64,000 bases of DNA from Longimicrobiales bacterium (GCA_965238005.1 OZ250165.1:2976001-3040000); one strand, 5' to 3'; counted from the stretch's first letter, positions 51,105 through 61,877 are shown. A program made the numbers and translations. The notes: generated by a model from the sequence alone, not told the origin.

Positions 51105-52706
51105 GAGTCTGCGCCGCAGAACCCTGCGGCGGCTATCTTTGGTGGTAGCGAAGGCATTGGGAAGGCTTGCGGATCACCGAGGGGGGTGAATGGGAACGAC
51201 ATTTCGACCGTACGATCCGGAGCAGATGTTGTTGCTGCCTCCGGATCTTCGGGAGTGGGTGTCGGAGGGTCATTTGGCGCACCATGTGAGCGACCTGGTG
51301 GACGCGGTGGAGCTGAGCGCGTTCTACGGGCGGTACCGGGGGGACGGGCGGCGCAACTCGCCGTACGACCCTCGGATGATGGTCAAGGTGCTGATCTACG
51401 CGTATGCGACGGGCACCTTCTCGTCGCGGAAGATGGCGAGGAAGCTGGAGGAGGATGTCGCGTTTCGGATGCTGGCGGCGGAGAACTTCCCGAAGCACCG
51501 GACGCTGTGCGAGTTCCGCAAGCGCCATCTCGGGGATTTCCGGGCGGTGTTTGTGGAGGTGGTGATGCTCGCGCGGGCCTTGGGGCTGGCGGGGCTTGGC
51601 AGGGTGTCGGTGGACGGGACGAAGGTTCGGGCGAACGCGAACAAGCGCAAGGCGATGAGCTACGGCCGGATGGTGACCGGGGAGCCTCGGCTGGAGGCGG
51701 AGATCCGGGGGCTGTTGGAGAGGGCCGAGGCGGTGGACGAAGCGGAAGACGAGCGCTACGGCGAGGAAGCATGCGGAGACGAGGTGCCGGAGGAGCTCAA
51801 GCGGCGCGAGGACCGGCTGGCGGCGATCCGGGAGGCGAAGGCGCGCCTGGAAGCCGAGCAGAGAGCGGCGGACGACGCACGGGGCCGCAAGCCGGGGCAG
51901 ACGCGCAACCCGAAGGGCGGCAGGCCCTACAAGCGGGAGTACGGAGAGCCGGACGAGGCGGCGCAGAGCAACTTCACGGACCCTGAGAGCCGGATCATGA
52001 AGACGAGTTCGGAGGGGTTCCAGCAGTGCTACAACGCACAGACGGTCGTGGAGGGGGAGAACCAGCTGGTGGTCGGGGCCGAGGTGACGGACAACGCGAG
52101 CGACCAGGGCCAGCTGGTGCCCATGGTCGACGCGGTGGCGCAAGCGTACGGCGAGACGCCGGCGCAGGTGCTGGCGGACACGGGCTATTGCAACGAGCGG
52201 GATCTCGAGGAACTGGAAGAGCGAGACATCGACGGGTATGTGGCGCTGGCCCGGGAGGGCAAGGCCGCCCCCACGGTTGACAAGGAGGAATATCCGGCGA
52301 AAGTCCGCATGGCGGAGAAGCTGGCGAGCGAAGATGGCCGCAGACGCTACGCACGGCGAAAGTCGCAGGCCGAGGCGCCCATCGGCTGGATCAAGGAAGT
52401 GATGGGCTTTCGACGATTCAGCTTCCGGGGCCTCGAGAAGGTCCGGGCCGAGTGGACCCTCGTGTGCCTGGCACTCAATGTGAAGCGGCTGCACACCCTT
52501 CAGGCGGCATGACTGCACGAGGGTTCACCCGCATCTGCCGGCGCGAGGGCTCTCGTAGCTCTCTTGCCCCCCCCAACGCATCCATTCCGCTCTCCCGATC
52601 CGTCGCAGACACAAGTCCTCAACCTCCCAATCACCCGGATCCGCCTCGCCGCGGACGGCTCGATGACCATTCGGCTCAGTCAGCTGTGCTTCTGCGGCGC
52701 AGACTC
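51105..52706 (+). mobile_element. Complete IS1182-family insertion sequence (1602 bp)
   Basis: Perfect 17-bp inverted repeats GAGTCTGCGCCGCAGAA (51105-51121 and 52690-52706) flanked by CTAG on both sides. Confidence 0.93.
51190..52512 (+). CDS. IS1182 family DDE transposase
   Basis: YDPRMMVKV, SSRK, DGTK..ANA, TDPESRIM, YNAQ, LADTGY, FRRFSFRG. Confidence 0.93.
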   Translation: MGTTFRPYDPEQMLLLPPDLREWVSEGHLAHHVSDLVDAVELSAFYGRYRGDGRRNSPYDPRMMVKVLIYAYATGTFSSRKMARKLEEDVAFRMLAAENFPKHRTLCEFRKRHLGDFRAVFVEVVMLARALGLAGLGRVSVDGTKVRANANKRKAMSYGRMVTGEPRLEAEIRGLLERAEAVDEAEDERYGEEACGDEVPEELKRREDRLAAIREAKARLEAEQRAADDARGRKPGQTRNPKGGRPYKREYGEPDEAAQSNFTDPESRIMKTSSEGFQQCYNAQTVVEGENQLVVGAEVTDNASDQGQLVPMVDAVAQAYGETPAQVLADTGYCNERDLEELEERDIDGYVALAREGKAAPTVDKEEYPAKVRMAEKLASEDGRRRYARRKSQAEAPIGWIKEVMGFRRFSFRGLEKVRAEWTLVCLALNVKRLHTLQAA

Positions 52707-54029
52707 CTAGGACCCGGCGAGCCGTCCCCGCACCCATTCGGGCACCGATTCGGCGGCCACCCGTACCTGCTCCAGCGTGTCCCGGTCACGGATCGTGACC
52801 GTTCCGTCCTCCAGCGTCTGCCCGTCCACCGTCACACACCACGGAGTCCCCGCTTCGTCCTGTCGCCTGTAGCGTCGTCCGATTGATCCGGCAGCGTCGT
52901 AGAACGACGGAATGGCCGCACGGCGAAGATCGGCGTGGATCTTCTCGGCGACCTCGGGTAGCCCGTCCTTCTTCACCAGCGGAAAAACGGCTGTCTTGAT
53001 GGGGGCCAGGCCGGGATCGAGGCTCAGCAGCACTCGCTCCTCACCTTCGACTTCTTCCTCTTTGTAAGCGTCCACCAGGGCGACGAGGACCGTTCGGTCC
53101 ACGCCCACGGCCGTCTCCACCACGTAGGGCACGAACCGCTTGTCGCCTGCCGGATCGATGTACTCCAGCCTCTTTCCGGAGTACTCCTGATGCCGCGAGA
53201 GATCGAAGTCGGTCCGGTTGTGGATGCCCTCGAACTCCTTCCATCCGAAGGGAAACTCGTACTCGATGTCGAAGGCCTTCTTGGCGTAGTGGGCCAGCTC
53301 GTCGGGCCCGTGCTCGGTGAAGCGGAGCTTCTCCTTGCGGATCCCTAGCGAAACGTGCCATTCCATGCGCGCGTTCATCCAGTAGTCGAACCACTCGTCG
53401 TCGGTACCGGGCTCTACGAAGAACTGAAGCTCCATCTGCTCAAACTCGCGGGTCCGGAAGATGAAGTTTCCGGGCGTGATCTCGTTTCGGAACGCCTTCC
53501 CGATCTGGGCGATCCCGAAGGGGATCTTCTGGCGGGCCGCAGTCTGGACGTTCAGGAAGTTGACGTACGACCCCTGAGCCGTCTCCGGGCGGAGATAGAC
53601 GACCGCGGCATCGTCCTCGACCGGCCCCATGAAGGTCTTGAACATGAGGTTGAAGAGTCGCGTCTCGCCGAACGCTTCCTTCGTACCGCACGTGGGGCAC
53701 TGTCCGTTCTCGATCTCGGGGAGATCCGCCCGGAAGCGCCGGTGGCAGTTGGAGCACTCCACGAGCGGGTCCGTGAACCCCTCCACATGGCCGGAAGCCT
53801 CCCAGACCTTGGGGTGCATGAGGATGGAGGCATCCAGCCCCTCGACGTCGTTCCGCTGGTGAACCATGGTGCTCCACCAGCGGTCCTGCACGTTGCGCTT
53901 GAGCTCGATCCCGAGGGGACCGTAGTCCCAAACGGAGCCGGTCCCTCCGTAGATCTCGGAGGACTGGAAGATGAATCCCCGGCGCTTCGTCAGGGATGTG
54001 AGCTTGTCCATCGATGGAGAGTCGGCCAT
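52707..54029 (-). CDS. glyQS: Glycine--tRNA ligase (alpha2 type)
   Basis: YLRPETAQG, GKAFRNEITPGNFIFRTREFEQME, GSIGRRYRRQDEAGTP. Confidence 0.97.
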   Translation of the reverse strand: MADSPSMDKLTSLTKRRGFIFQSSEIYGGTGSVWDYGPLGIELKRNVQDRWWSTMVHQRNDVEGLDASILMHPKVWEASGHVEGFTDPLVECSNCHRRFRADLPEIENGQCPTCGTKEAFGETRLFNLMFKTFMGPVEDDAAVVYLRPETAQGSYVNFLNVQTAARQKIPFGIAQIGKAFRNEITPGNFIFRTREFEQMELQFFVEPGTDDEWFDYWMNARMEWHVSLGIRKEKLRFTEHGPDELAHYAKKAFDIEYEFPFGWKEFEGIHNRTDFDLSRHQEYSGKRLEYIDPAGDKRFVPYVVETAVGVDRTVLVALVDAYKEEEVEGEERVLLSLDPGLAPIKTAVFPLVKKDGLPEVAEKIHADLRRAAIPSFYDAAGSIGRRYRRQDEAGTPWCVTVDGQTLEDGTVTIRDRDTLEQVRVAAESVPEWVRGRLAGS

Positions 54030-54199
54030 CTAAGGTCGATCCGGTATGAACGGGTCCTTTTCGGGTCCTTCGAGAGGGTGGAAGCTAGACAGGCTCGCTC
54101 GCCTCATCAACCGATGCGAGAACCTCGGAAAGATTCGCGGGTATACGCCGCCGACCCATTCCGGAAAGCCCGGATCCGTACATGGCAGGAGTGTTTTCG

Positions 54200-54793
54200 A
54201 TGCTGACGCTGACGGACAGAGCCATCGAAGTGGTTCGCACCTATCTGGACCAGAGCGGTGGCGAGCTCACGGCGCTTCGAGTCGCCGTCTCCGGAGGAAG
54301 CCCGGTAGCACCGGACTTCGAGCTGACTCTGGTGGGCCCCGACGAGATTCGCAGCGGCGAGAAGGAGCTGGATGTGAGCGGCCTCACCATCGTGGTGAAC
54401 GAGGAGACCGCCCCCCGTCTCGAGGGTGCCACGGTGGACTTCGTCGAGCGGGTGAACGAAAGCGGATTCGAGGTGCGGATGGCCCCCGGCGCAGACACCC
54501 CCGTCGCCGCGCCCACCGGGCCTCTTGCCGAACGGATCCGCGAGGTGCTGGACAGCCAGATCAACCCGGCCATCGCCTCCCACGGTGGCGCCATCACCCT
54601 CGTGGACGTGCGGGACACCGAGATCTACCTGGAGATGAGCGGCGGATGCCAGGGATGCGCCATGTCCCGCATGACGCTGCGTCAGGGCGTGGAGCGGATG
54701 GTGCTTCAGGCGGTTCCGGAGATCACCATCATCCACGACGTCACGGACCACGCCTCCGGCGAGAACCCCTTCTTCGAGGGACCCGCGGTCTGA
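54200..54793 (+). CDS. nfuA: NfuA-type Fe-S cluster carrier
   Basis: Degenerate A-type domain plus INPAIASHGG, GGCQGC, DVTDHASGENP. Confidence 0.88.
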   Translation: MLTLTDRAIEVVRTYLDQSGGELTALRVAVSGGSPVAPDFELTLVGPDEIRSGEKELDVSGLTIVVNEETAPRLEGATVDFVERVNESGFEVRMAPGADTPVAAPTGPLAERIREVLDSQINPAIASHGGAITLVDVRDTEIYLEMSGGCQGCAMSRMTLRQGVERMVLQAVPEITIIHDVTDHASGENPFFEGPAV

Positions 54794-54894
54794 CGTAGCG
54801 GGGAGTCGGGCGCCCCTTCACGTCCGTGCGGGTCGTCGCGAGGAGATGGGGCCTCACCCTCACCCAGCTTCGCCACTGCCGCTTCGCGGCAGAC

Positions 54895-54934
54895 GGGTTC
54901 GGGCTTCGTCTCCGGTGAGCCGAAGCCCGAACCC
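54895..54934. terminator. 14-bp perfect hairpin between convergent genes
   Basis: GGGTTCGGGCTTCG-N12-CGAAGCCCGAACCC; no clear U-tract. Confidence 0.45.
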
Positions 54935-55018
54935 ACTCCCGGAGGCCGTCTGGATCAATCCTCCCAGCCTCCCCCTCACTACACAGGAGATTGCTCTCTA
55001 ATTGATTCCCCCGAGTGT

Positions 55019-55552
55019 CTAACAACTGCCCCCGCCGCCACCGGTAAAGAACCCCCCCCCCTCGCAGAAGCCGGCGCAGGCATCGTCTTGTAGCTCCAAG
55101 GTGACGCTCTGGTTGTCGAACCCACGTCCGTTCAATGTGGCCGACATCTCGTTTGCGCTGTTGACGGTTCCGGTGAGATTCAGGTCCCCATCCTCTGTTG
55201 TACCATCCGGAAAAATTCCTGTTGCAGCCAAGGTGATGTTTACGTTCGGGAAGACGTGAGTTCCACTCGAGACTGTGAGGGCGAGACAGGTGGTGATGTC
55301 CCCAATGACGCTCCCGGTCCCTGTAACGGACCCACTCGGCTCCTGGGAAAGGAGGAGGTCGATGTCTCCATCGCCCGCGTCGCCATTCCAGCGCCCCGTC
55401 ACAGCCGGGTCGGCCTCCGGTGCGGTTACGCCACCGCCACCGCCACCGCCACCGCCACCGTCACCGCCATCGCCACCGCCGCAAGCGTCCATCATCGCGA
55501 ATAGAGGAACGAGTATGAGAAGCTTGAGGAGAGCGGATGTCTTCTGTTTCAT
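55019..55552 (-). CDS. Lipoprotein with poly-Gly linker
   Basis: Signal peptide to DAC, Gly run, small beta domain; AAAGGAG upstream. Confidence 0.7.
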   Translation of the reverse strand: MKQKTSALLKLLILVPLFAMMDACGGGDGGDGGGGGGGGGGVTAPEADPAVTGRWNGDAGDGDIDLLLSQEPSGSVTGTGSVIGDITTCLALTVSSGTHVFPNVNITLAATGIFPDGTTEDGDLNLTGTVNSANEMSATLNGRGFDNQSVTLELQDDACAGFCEGGGFFTGGGGGSC

Positions 55553-56106
55553 AGAGGTGTCTCCTTTCGTTCCGCCGCCGCGGGGGGCGGCCTAGTGAGT
55601 CATATGAAACTCACTATGCACCCGAGCATGGTTCTGCGCCAGTGGGGAATCCCTGATAAGTGCGAGGCTCGCTTAGAGCACCAGCACTTCTCTGACCGTC
55701 TCACTGCAAAACGGCATCGGCAACTGCCCAGGCTCATCCGTCTCCACCTCGAACTCGTCATGCTCCTGCATCATCGCGAGAAACCAATCAGAAACCAATC
55801 ATGGGCTTCGCGAGCAGTGCGGAGGGATAGGCCATTCAAAGGCCCTTGGCCGAGTTCAGCATCCTCCTCGGGCCATGGCCGCGTCACGTGACGAGGCCAT
55901 CCAGGGTTAGACGACGGACACTCCCCGTTTCTTCCATCGAAGAATGGTTCACATCCGCACAGGGTTGCTAGCCCGCGATGGTGCCATCACGCGATGGTAC
56001 CATCACCGATGCTGCCATCCCTCCTCGAGGGAACTCGATGCGTTCGTGCAGATATCTTCAATATCGAACATACTTCGGAAGTGAAGATTTCTACGGCGAG
56101 AATGTC

Positions 56107-56439
56107 ATGGTAAAGCCCGTACACTTGGCGGTGCTCCTGAGTCTTCGTGGTGAGGCTCGGCACGGCTTCGGCATCATGGAGCACGTGAACCAGCAGTTGG
56201 CAGGCAGTGCCATCGTGGGGCCGGGGACTCTCTACCGCCTCCTCAAGGAGATGCGGGAGCAGGACCTTATCGAGCGAGCGGATCCTCCTGCCTGTGAGGA
56301 CGAGCAGGACGAACGGCGTCACTATCACCGCCTGACCCTCCTCGGCCTCCAGGTCGTCACGGCCGAATCCGCCCGGCTCAAGAAGGCCCTCTCCGCGGCG
56401 GACGCCTCGGATCTGGCCACGGAGGGGGGCGTTCGGTGA
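56107..56439 (+). CDS. PadR family transcriptional regulator
   Basis: RHGFGIM, GPGTLYRLL, RRHYHRLT..G. Confidence 0.88.
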   Translation: MVKPVHLAVLLSLRGEARHGFGIMEHVNQQLAGSAIVGPGTLYRLLKEMREQDLIERADPPACEDEQDERRHYHRLTLLGLQVVTAESARLKKALSAADASDLATEGGVR

Positions 56440-59156
56440 CGTCCCGCGGACCAGCCCCATCTGAGAGGGCCTATCGCCTCTTCTTACGCCTTTTCCCACG
56501 GCGGTTCAGGAAGGAGGCGGAAGCGGAGATGGTGGAGGTCTTTCGGGACGGTCTGCGGCAGGCCCACAGTCGCGGCACGGTGGGAACCGTCGTGGTCTTC
56601 TGGGTGCGCACGATTGCGGACCTCGCAGTCACTGCGGTTTCAACCCGAGCAACGCGGCCCACGCGGGTCCGTGGGGAATCAATCGGCCACCGACCCGGTG
56701 GCGTGGCGGTGGAACGGCGAGGAGGGATTATGGCGGCGTTGATCAGTGACATGAGGTACGCGATTCGGACCCTGAGACGGAGGTCGGGCTTCACAACGAT
56801 CCTGGTGCTCACCTTCGCGTTGGGGGTCGGCGCCACAACCGCCGTCTTCAGTGCGTTCCGGCATGTACTCCTCCGGCCGCTACCGTTCCATGCCCCGGAC
56901 GAGTTGGTGCAGGTCTGGGAGACCCGCGATGCGCGACCCGACCTGCCCTTCTCCATTCCCAACATGGAGTCGGTTCGCCAGCGAACCGGATCCTTGACCG
57001 ATCTCGGGGCTTGGATGTTCGGTGACTTTCCCAGCGTCACGCTGACAGGGGGAGACCGACCGGAGCGGATTCCCGGCGCCATGATTACAGCGAACCTCCT
57101 CTCATTGCTCGGCGTTGAGCCTGCCATGGGACGCTCATTCACGCCCGAAGAGAATGAGCCGGGTAATGAGCAGAGGGTGATCCTGAGCCATGAGGAGTGG
57201 TCGACCCGTTTTGGCGCCGATCCGGACATCCTCGGCCGTGTCCTCCCGCTGAATGGGGCACCGCACACGGTCGTGGGGGTCATGCCGCCAGGGTTTGAGT
57301 TCCCGGTCGGAAGCGGGGCTCGTGTGTGGCGTCCACTGCCGCTATTCCAGAGGTGGCGCGATAGCCGGAGAAATCATCTCCTGCGGGTCCTGGGACGCAT
57401 TCAGCCAGGCGTGACCGTGCAAGACGCCCAGCTGGAGGTGGCCGCTCTCGGCCGGACCCTGGCCGAGGAGTACCCGGAGAGCAACGGCGGTGAGGGAATG
57501 CGCGTGGTGGGACTTCTCGAGCAGACCGTGGGTGACGTGCGCCCGGCGCTCTCTGCCCTGATGGTGTCGGTCCTGCTGCTCTGGCTCGTGGCGGTCGCCA
57601 ATCTCGCAAACCTGGGGATGGCTCGTGTATTGGATCGCGGTCGGGAGGTCGCTGTACGTGCAGCTCACGGGGCGAGCCGCCTCCAGATAGCGAGATTGGT
57701 GGCTACTGAGAGTATGGTTGCGGGCCTCCTCGGCGCGGGGCTAGGGCTCGTGCTGGCCTATTTGGGAGTGGGCGCCCTTTCGGCCCTGGGGCCTATCAAC
57801 ATTCCGAGAATGGACACGATCCACATGGACGCCGAGGTGGTCGGATTTGCCCTCGGGTTGACAGCCATCACCGGCCTCGTGGCCGGACTGATCCCTACAC
57901 TCGTTGTGGCCGACTCGGAGCTCATGGGCACGCTGGCTCTGGTCTCGCCGCGTATGAGTCTGGGGAAGGGTGGTAAGCATCTGAGGGGTGGCCTGGTGGC
58001 CACGGAGTTCGCCCTTGCTCTGGTCTTGCTCATCGGCGCTGGACTGCTGCTTCAGAGCTTCATGCACCTGTCTCGGGTCGACCCCGGGTTCCGGACGGAC
58101 CACCTGCTCACTGCCGAGATCAATCTCGCTTTCGAGAGCTTCCCTGACTCCGAGAGTCACTCCCAATTCTACGACGAGTTGTTGCCGGTGCTGGACGCAC
58201 TCCCGGGTGTGACGGCCATAGGGGCAGTCTCGGTGTTCCCCTTGAGTGGTAATCGGGGTGGGGGCACGCTACTCCATCGCGAGGGCGCGACGGTGCAAGA
58301 CGGCTTCGTTGAAGACGTTCGGTTTCGCGTGGCCACCCCGACCTATTTCCAAATGATGGGAATGACGCTGCTCTCGGGTCGTGGTGTGTCACGGGACGAT
58401 AACGCCGAGACTCCAGCGGTCGCGGTGATCAACGAGGCGTTGGCGAGCCGGTTGTGGCCGGGGCAGGACCCTGTGGGCAGAACCATGTTCTCCGGCAGGC
58501 CCGACGATCCGCAGACGCCGTACCGGGTCGTAGGGCTCGTCGCGGACATTCGAGGAGCCAACCTCGCCAGCACCCCTCAGCCTCGCATGTATCGTCCCTA
58601 CAGCCAATCCGCGATGCAAGAGATGGTTGTGGTCGCACGGACATCGGGGCCACCGCAAGATCTGGCGGCTGCCTTGCAGAGGGCGGTTCTGTCCGTAAAC
58701 TCGGACCAACCGCTGGAGGCGATTCGCACGGGCGAGAGCATTCTCTCGGATTCAGTGGCCTCACCCAGATTCAACCTCTTCCTTCTGGCCCTGTTTACCG
58801 TGACCGCGGTGGCGTTGAGCGCCATCGGCATGTACGGAGTGAGCGTGCAGGCCGTTGCGGCTCGTACCCGCGAGATTGGCGTTCGCATGGCTTTGGGGGC
58901 TAGTCGCAGGAGTGTCATCGCCATGACTCTGGGGCAGGGGCTGCGTCAGACCTCGATCGGTCTCGCGCTCGGATTGCTCCTCGCCCTCTTCGGGACACGG
59001 CTTCTGGCCAGTATGGTGTTCGGGGTGTCAACGAATGATGCCCCGACGTTCGTGGCAGCTACGCTGATCCTCTTGGGAGTGGCGCTTCTCGGATCCTTGA
59101 TGCCCTCCCTACGGGCCAGCCGAGTCGATCCGGTGCGAGCTCTCTCGGTGGACTAG
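56436..59156 (+). CDS. ADOP-type duplicated ABC permease (two MacB-PCD/FtsX units)
   Basis: DMRYAIRTL, ALGVGATTAVFS, REVAVRAAHGA, RTREIGVRMALGA, PSLRASRVDP; coupled to PadR. Confidence 0.92.
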   Translation: MTSRGPAPSERAYRLFLRLFPRRFRKEAEAEMVEVFRDGLRQAHSRGTVGTVVVFWVRTIADLAVTAVSTRATRPTRVRGESIGHRPGGVAVERRGGIMAALISDMRYAIRTLRRRSGFTTILVLTFALGVGATTAVFSAFRHVLLRPLPFHAPDELVQVWETRDARPDLPFSIPNMESVRQRTGSLTDLGAWMFGDFPSVTLTGGDRPERIPGAMITANLLSLLGVEPAMGRSFTPEENEPGNEQRVILSHEEWSTRFGADPDILGRVLPLNGAPHTVVGVMPPGFEFPVGSGARVWRPLPLFQRWRDSRRNHLLRVLGRIQPGVTVQDAQLEVAALGRTLAEEYPESNGGEGMRVVGLLEQTVGDVRPALSALMVSVLLLWLVAVANLANLGMARVLDRGREVAVRAAHGASRLQIARLVATESMVAGLLGAGLGLVLAYLGVGALSALGPINIPRMDTIHMDAEVVGFALGLTAITGLVAGLIPTLVVADSELMGTLALVSPRMSLGKGGKHLRGGLVATEFALALVLLIGAGLLLQSFMHLSRVDPGFRTDHLLTAEINLAFESFPDSESHSQFYDELLPVLDALPGVTAIGAVSVFPLSGNRGGGTLLHREGATVQDGFVEDVRFRVATPTYFQMMGMTLLSGRGVSRDDNAETPAVAVINEALASRLWPGQDPVGRTMFSGRPDDPQTPYRVVGLVADIRGANLASTPQPRMYRPYSQSAMQEMVVVARTSGPPQDLAAALQRAVLSVNSDQPLEAIRTGESILSDSVASPRFNLFLLALFTVTAVALSAIGMYGVSVQAVAARTREIGVRMALGASRRSVIAMTLGQGLRQTSIGLALGLLLALFGTRLLASMVFGVSTNDAPTFVAATLILLGVALLGSLMPSLRASRVDPVRALSVD

Positions 59157-59358
59157 AGGCCCAACTCCCCCCGGCCACCATCGAATCCAGTCGGCCCGCA
59201 AGGGGGCCTGACACCTCGACATGGATCTCCCGTAACAGGACGTCTACGTTGAGCGGGTGGCCGGCTCGGGTGAGGTCTTGCGTGTGACAGAGGGTGCCGC
59301 GAAGCACGCCGGCCCGATCGGGCTTGGAGATGGATGAAATGAGTCCTTTGCCGGATTA

Positions 59359-59667
59359 TTGTTGGTGGCGCCCGCCGTCATCGTTGTGCACCACGGAACA
59401 GCGGACAGCGCTGCCCGGCCGCCCCAGCTGCCCGACATCGTGGTCGACAGCGACTACTATCACGGAGGATGGCCGTCCCCGGCGAAGGTCGCGCTGGGAC
59501 GCGCGCTCTTCTTCGATAAGATCCTCAGCGGCAATCGCAACATCGCCTGCGCCACGTGCCATCACCCCGACCTGGGAACCACGGACGTGCTGGCGGCCAT
59601 CGCCGCGAACGGCGGAGCCGATGCATGGGACCCGCGGGTCTGGTGGGACGTGAGCCCACAGAGGTAG
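59359..59667 (+). pseudogene. Chimeric remnant: cytochrome c peroxidase N-terminus joined to a SusD/RagB-like C-terminus
   Basis: [28 protein letters not shown] followed directly by [20 protein letters not shown]. Confidence 0.7.
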
Positions 59668-59719
59668 ACGCGCGGAAGTCGTGACTTCTGTCAGCCAATG
59701 AATGAAGGGATAAAAGTCC

Positions 59720-60248
59720 ATGAGGAATCTCTCACGCTGGCCCTCACCGTTGTGCTCGCCTTCGCACTGGCCGCTCCTGTCGTTTCCCAGTCCACAGAGG
59801 TCGTGGGCCGGTTGTCGGTTCACGCCCAGGCTGGGGTGACCTCGGATCCCGGAGGGTTCGCTTTGACTTCACCTTCGCGCCCAACACGGGCCGCGAGGAT
59901 TGCTGCGCCGATACGGGGAATCCCGGTGCCGTGGTGGAGGACGTGAGCCTCGACCGCACGTATGCCAGTACGAGCCTCCAGATCCGGTTCCCGATGGGAG
60001 CCGCGGTGCCCTATGTGCGCACCGGTGTCAGCTTCATCAACCTGTCGCGGTTCGGCGAGGACTACGAGTACGAATTCATGGAGTTCGGGACTCAGCTCGC
60101 GGGTGGGCTCGAGTATCGGTTCGGCGATTCGCCGGTGGCGCTCTTCGTAGACGCTGCCGAGTGGATCTATCCCCGCGTCTCGACCGGTGATGGCACTCAG
60201 TTCGATACGCAGATCAACGTCGGTCTTTCTTACGACTTGATCAGGTAG
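59720..60248 (+). pseudogene. Frameshifted outer-membrane beta-barrel protein
   Basis: Signal peptide and barrel strands (PYVRTGVSF, GGLEYRF, NVGLSY) are in different frames; shifts near 59730 and 59855. Confidence 0.6.
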
Positions 60249-60467
60249 CAGCGCCTCGGTGGCTCCACACGGGGGGCCGCGGGTCCTCTTTCATTCATGT
60301 CGCATGTCGCAGCTACGCTAGCCCCGTAGAGGAGGAGCTCTCCCTGCCCGATCGTGCGTTGCTCTTTCTCGAGGGCACGTGTTACCATGCCGTTGAGGCG
60401 CCCTCCCCCCTCCATGCATGGGGACCGGAGACGTTCCGAGACGGCCAGAATCGAAACGAGGTAAACG

Positions 60468-61772
60468 ATGAAAATGCAAAGTGGTGTAATGCTGACCGCG
60501 GCCATGGCGGGCCTGGTGCTCCTCCCGGGGAGCTCCGCCCTGGCGGCCCAGGAGAACGCCGAGAAGCGCGGAAGCGACAACATCGAGGTGGTGGCCCACC
60601 TCCCGCTGGGCGGGAGTGGGTGCGACATCGAGATCGAGCAGGAGATGTCCCGTCCCTATGCATATTTGTGCCGCTCCGGGGACAACGCAGGCATGGACAT
60701 CATCGACCTCACCGATCCCCATAACGCCAGGGTGCTCCACCGATGGCGCGTCGAGGATCTGGACCTGCACATCGGGTCCGGCGGCAAGGACCTCAAGATC
60801 TTCAAGTGGGACGGCCGCGACTACGTGGTCCTGGCCATCCAGTTCCGACAGGGCGGACCGGACAACGATCTCGGTGCCATCATCTTCGACGTCTCGGATC
60901 TCCCCGGTGAGATCCGGGAAGTGGCTCGGATCCAGGGGCTCCAGGAGGTCGGCGGCTTCCACAACATCTTCACCTACAAGCACAGCAACGGCCGTGCTCT
61001 TCTCTTCGCCACGACGAGCACTCCGTTCGCACACGTGTACGATCTGGGTTACGTGGTGGAAGGACGACTGGATGAGGCTCTCGTCGCGCGGGTCCCGAAC
61101 CCCTTTCCCGAGGGCCGTAGCTATCACGACTTCTACACGGGCTACCACGCCGACAGCGAGCAGGACCGCTTCTACGGCGGCGGTACGGGCGGCTACTTCG
61201 TCTACAACGTGACGGACCTGGAGAACCCCGAGCTCCTGGTGAGCCTCACGGGCATCCAGGGTGTGGAGTGGGGACATACCTTCACGCCCTCGCCCGACGG
61301 CCGCTACGTCGTGGCCGAGGCCGAGTACCAGTACGCGCCGCTCCGGATCTTCGACCTGCAGCCGGGCCTCGACGGTGAGGTCGCGAACGTCAACCGGCCC
61401 ATCTCCGCGTGGACGGCCAACTGGGAGAACCTGGTCCACAACCATGAGGTCCGCTGGCCCTACGTGTTCGTGTCGGGCTATGTGGACGGCCTACAGATCT
61501 TCACGCTCTCGGATCCCGAGCACCCGAAGACGGTGGGCCACTACGACACCTATCTGGAGCCCGACGACGGCCGTGTGATGGCGGGCGCCTGGGGTGTGGA
61601 CGTGCGCAACGCCGACGGCCTGATCGTGCTGTCCGACATGCAGACCGGATTCTGGGCCTTCCGCATGGAGGGATTCAGCGGCTGGAACGGACTGGACTGG
61701 GGTGTTCCGAACATCTCGAGCGCCCAGGATTGGGAGAATGGGCCGGCGTATCAGGCTCAGAGTCGGAACTAG
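60468..61772 (+). CDS. Exported LVIVD-repeat / choice-of-anchor B-like protein
   Basis: Signal peptide; IIDLTDP, IFDVSD, YNVTD repeats; HNIF, VHNHEV, GAWGVD. Confidence 0.8.
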   Translation: MKMQSGVMLTAAMAGLVLLPGSSALAAQENAEKRGSDNIEVVAHLPLGGSGCDIEIEQEMSRPYAYLCRSGDNAGMDIIDLTDPHNARVLHRWRVEDLDLHIGSGGKDLKIFKWDGRDYVVLAIQFRQGGPDNDLGAIIFDVSDLPGEIREVARIQGLQEVGGFHNIFTYKHSNGRALLFATTSTPFAHVYDLGYVVEGRLDEALVARVPNPFPEGRSYHDFYTGYHADSEQDRFYGGGTGGYFVYNVTDLENPELLVSLTGIQGVEWGHTFTPSPDGRYVVAEAEYQYAPLRIFDLQPGLDGEVANVNRPISAWTANWENLVHNHEVRWPYVFVSGYVDGLQIFTLSDPEHPKTVGHYDTYLEPDDGRVMAGAWGVDVRNADGLIVLSDMQTGFWAFRMEGFSGWNGLDWGVPNISSAQDWENGPAYQAQSRN

Positions 61773-61877
61773 GAGGATCGCGCGACGCGCCGCGGCAGAG
61801 ACCGGAGGGAAAAGCCGCCGGACGACCGGGAGTTCGCTTGCAGACTGGTCGCTTGCAGGGTGATGAAGAAGGGAAGT

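Noticed and set aside
55428..55482. CCACCG repeat as a non-coding element
   Set aside because: It encodes the poly-Gly linker of the lipoprotein.
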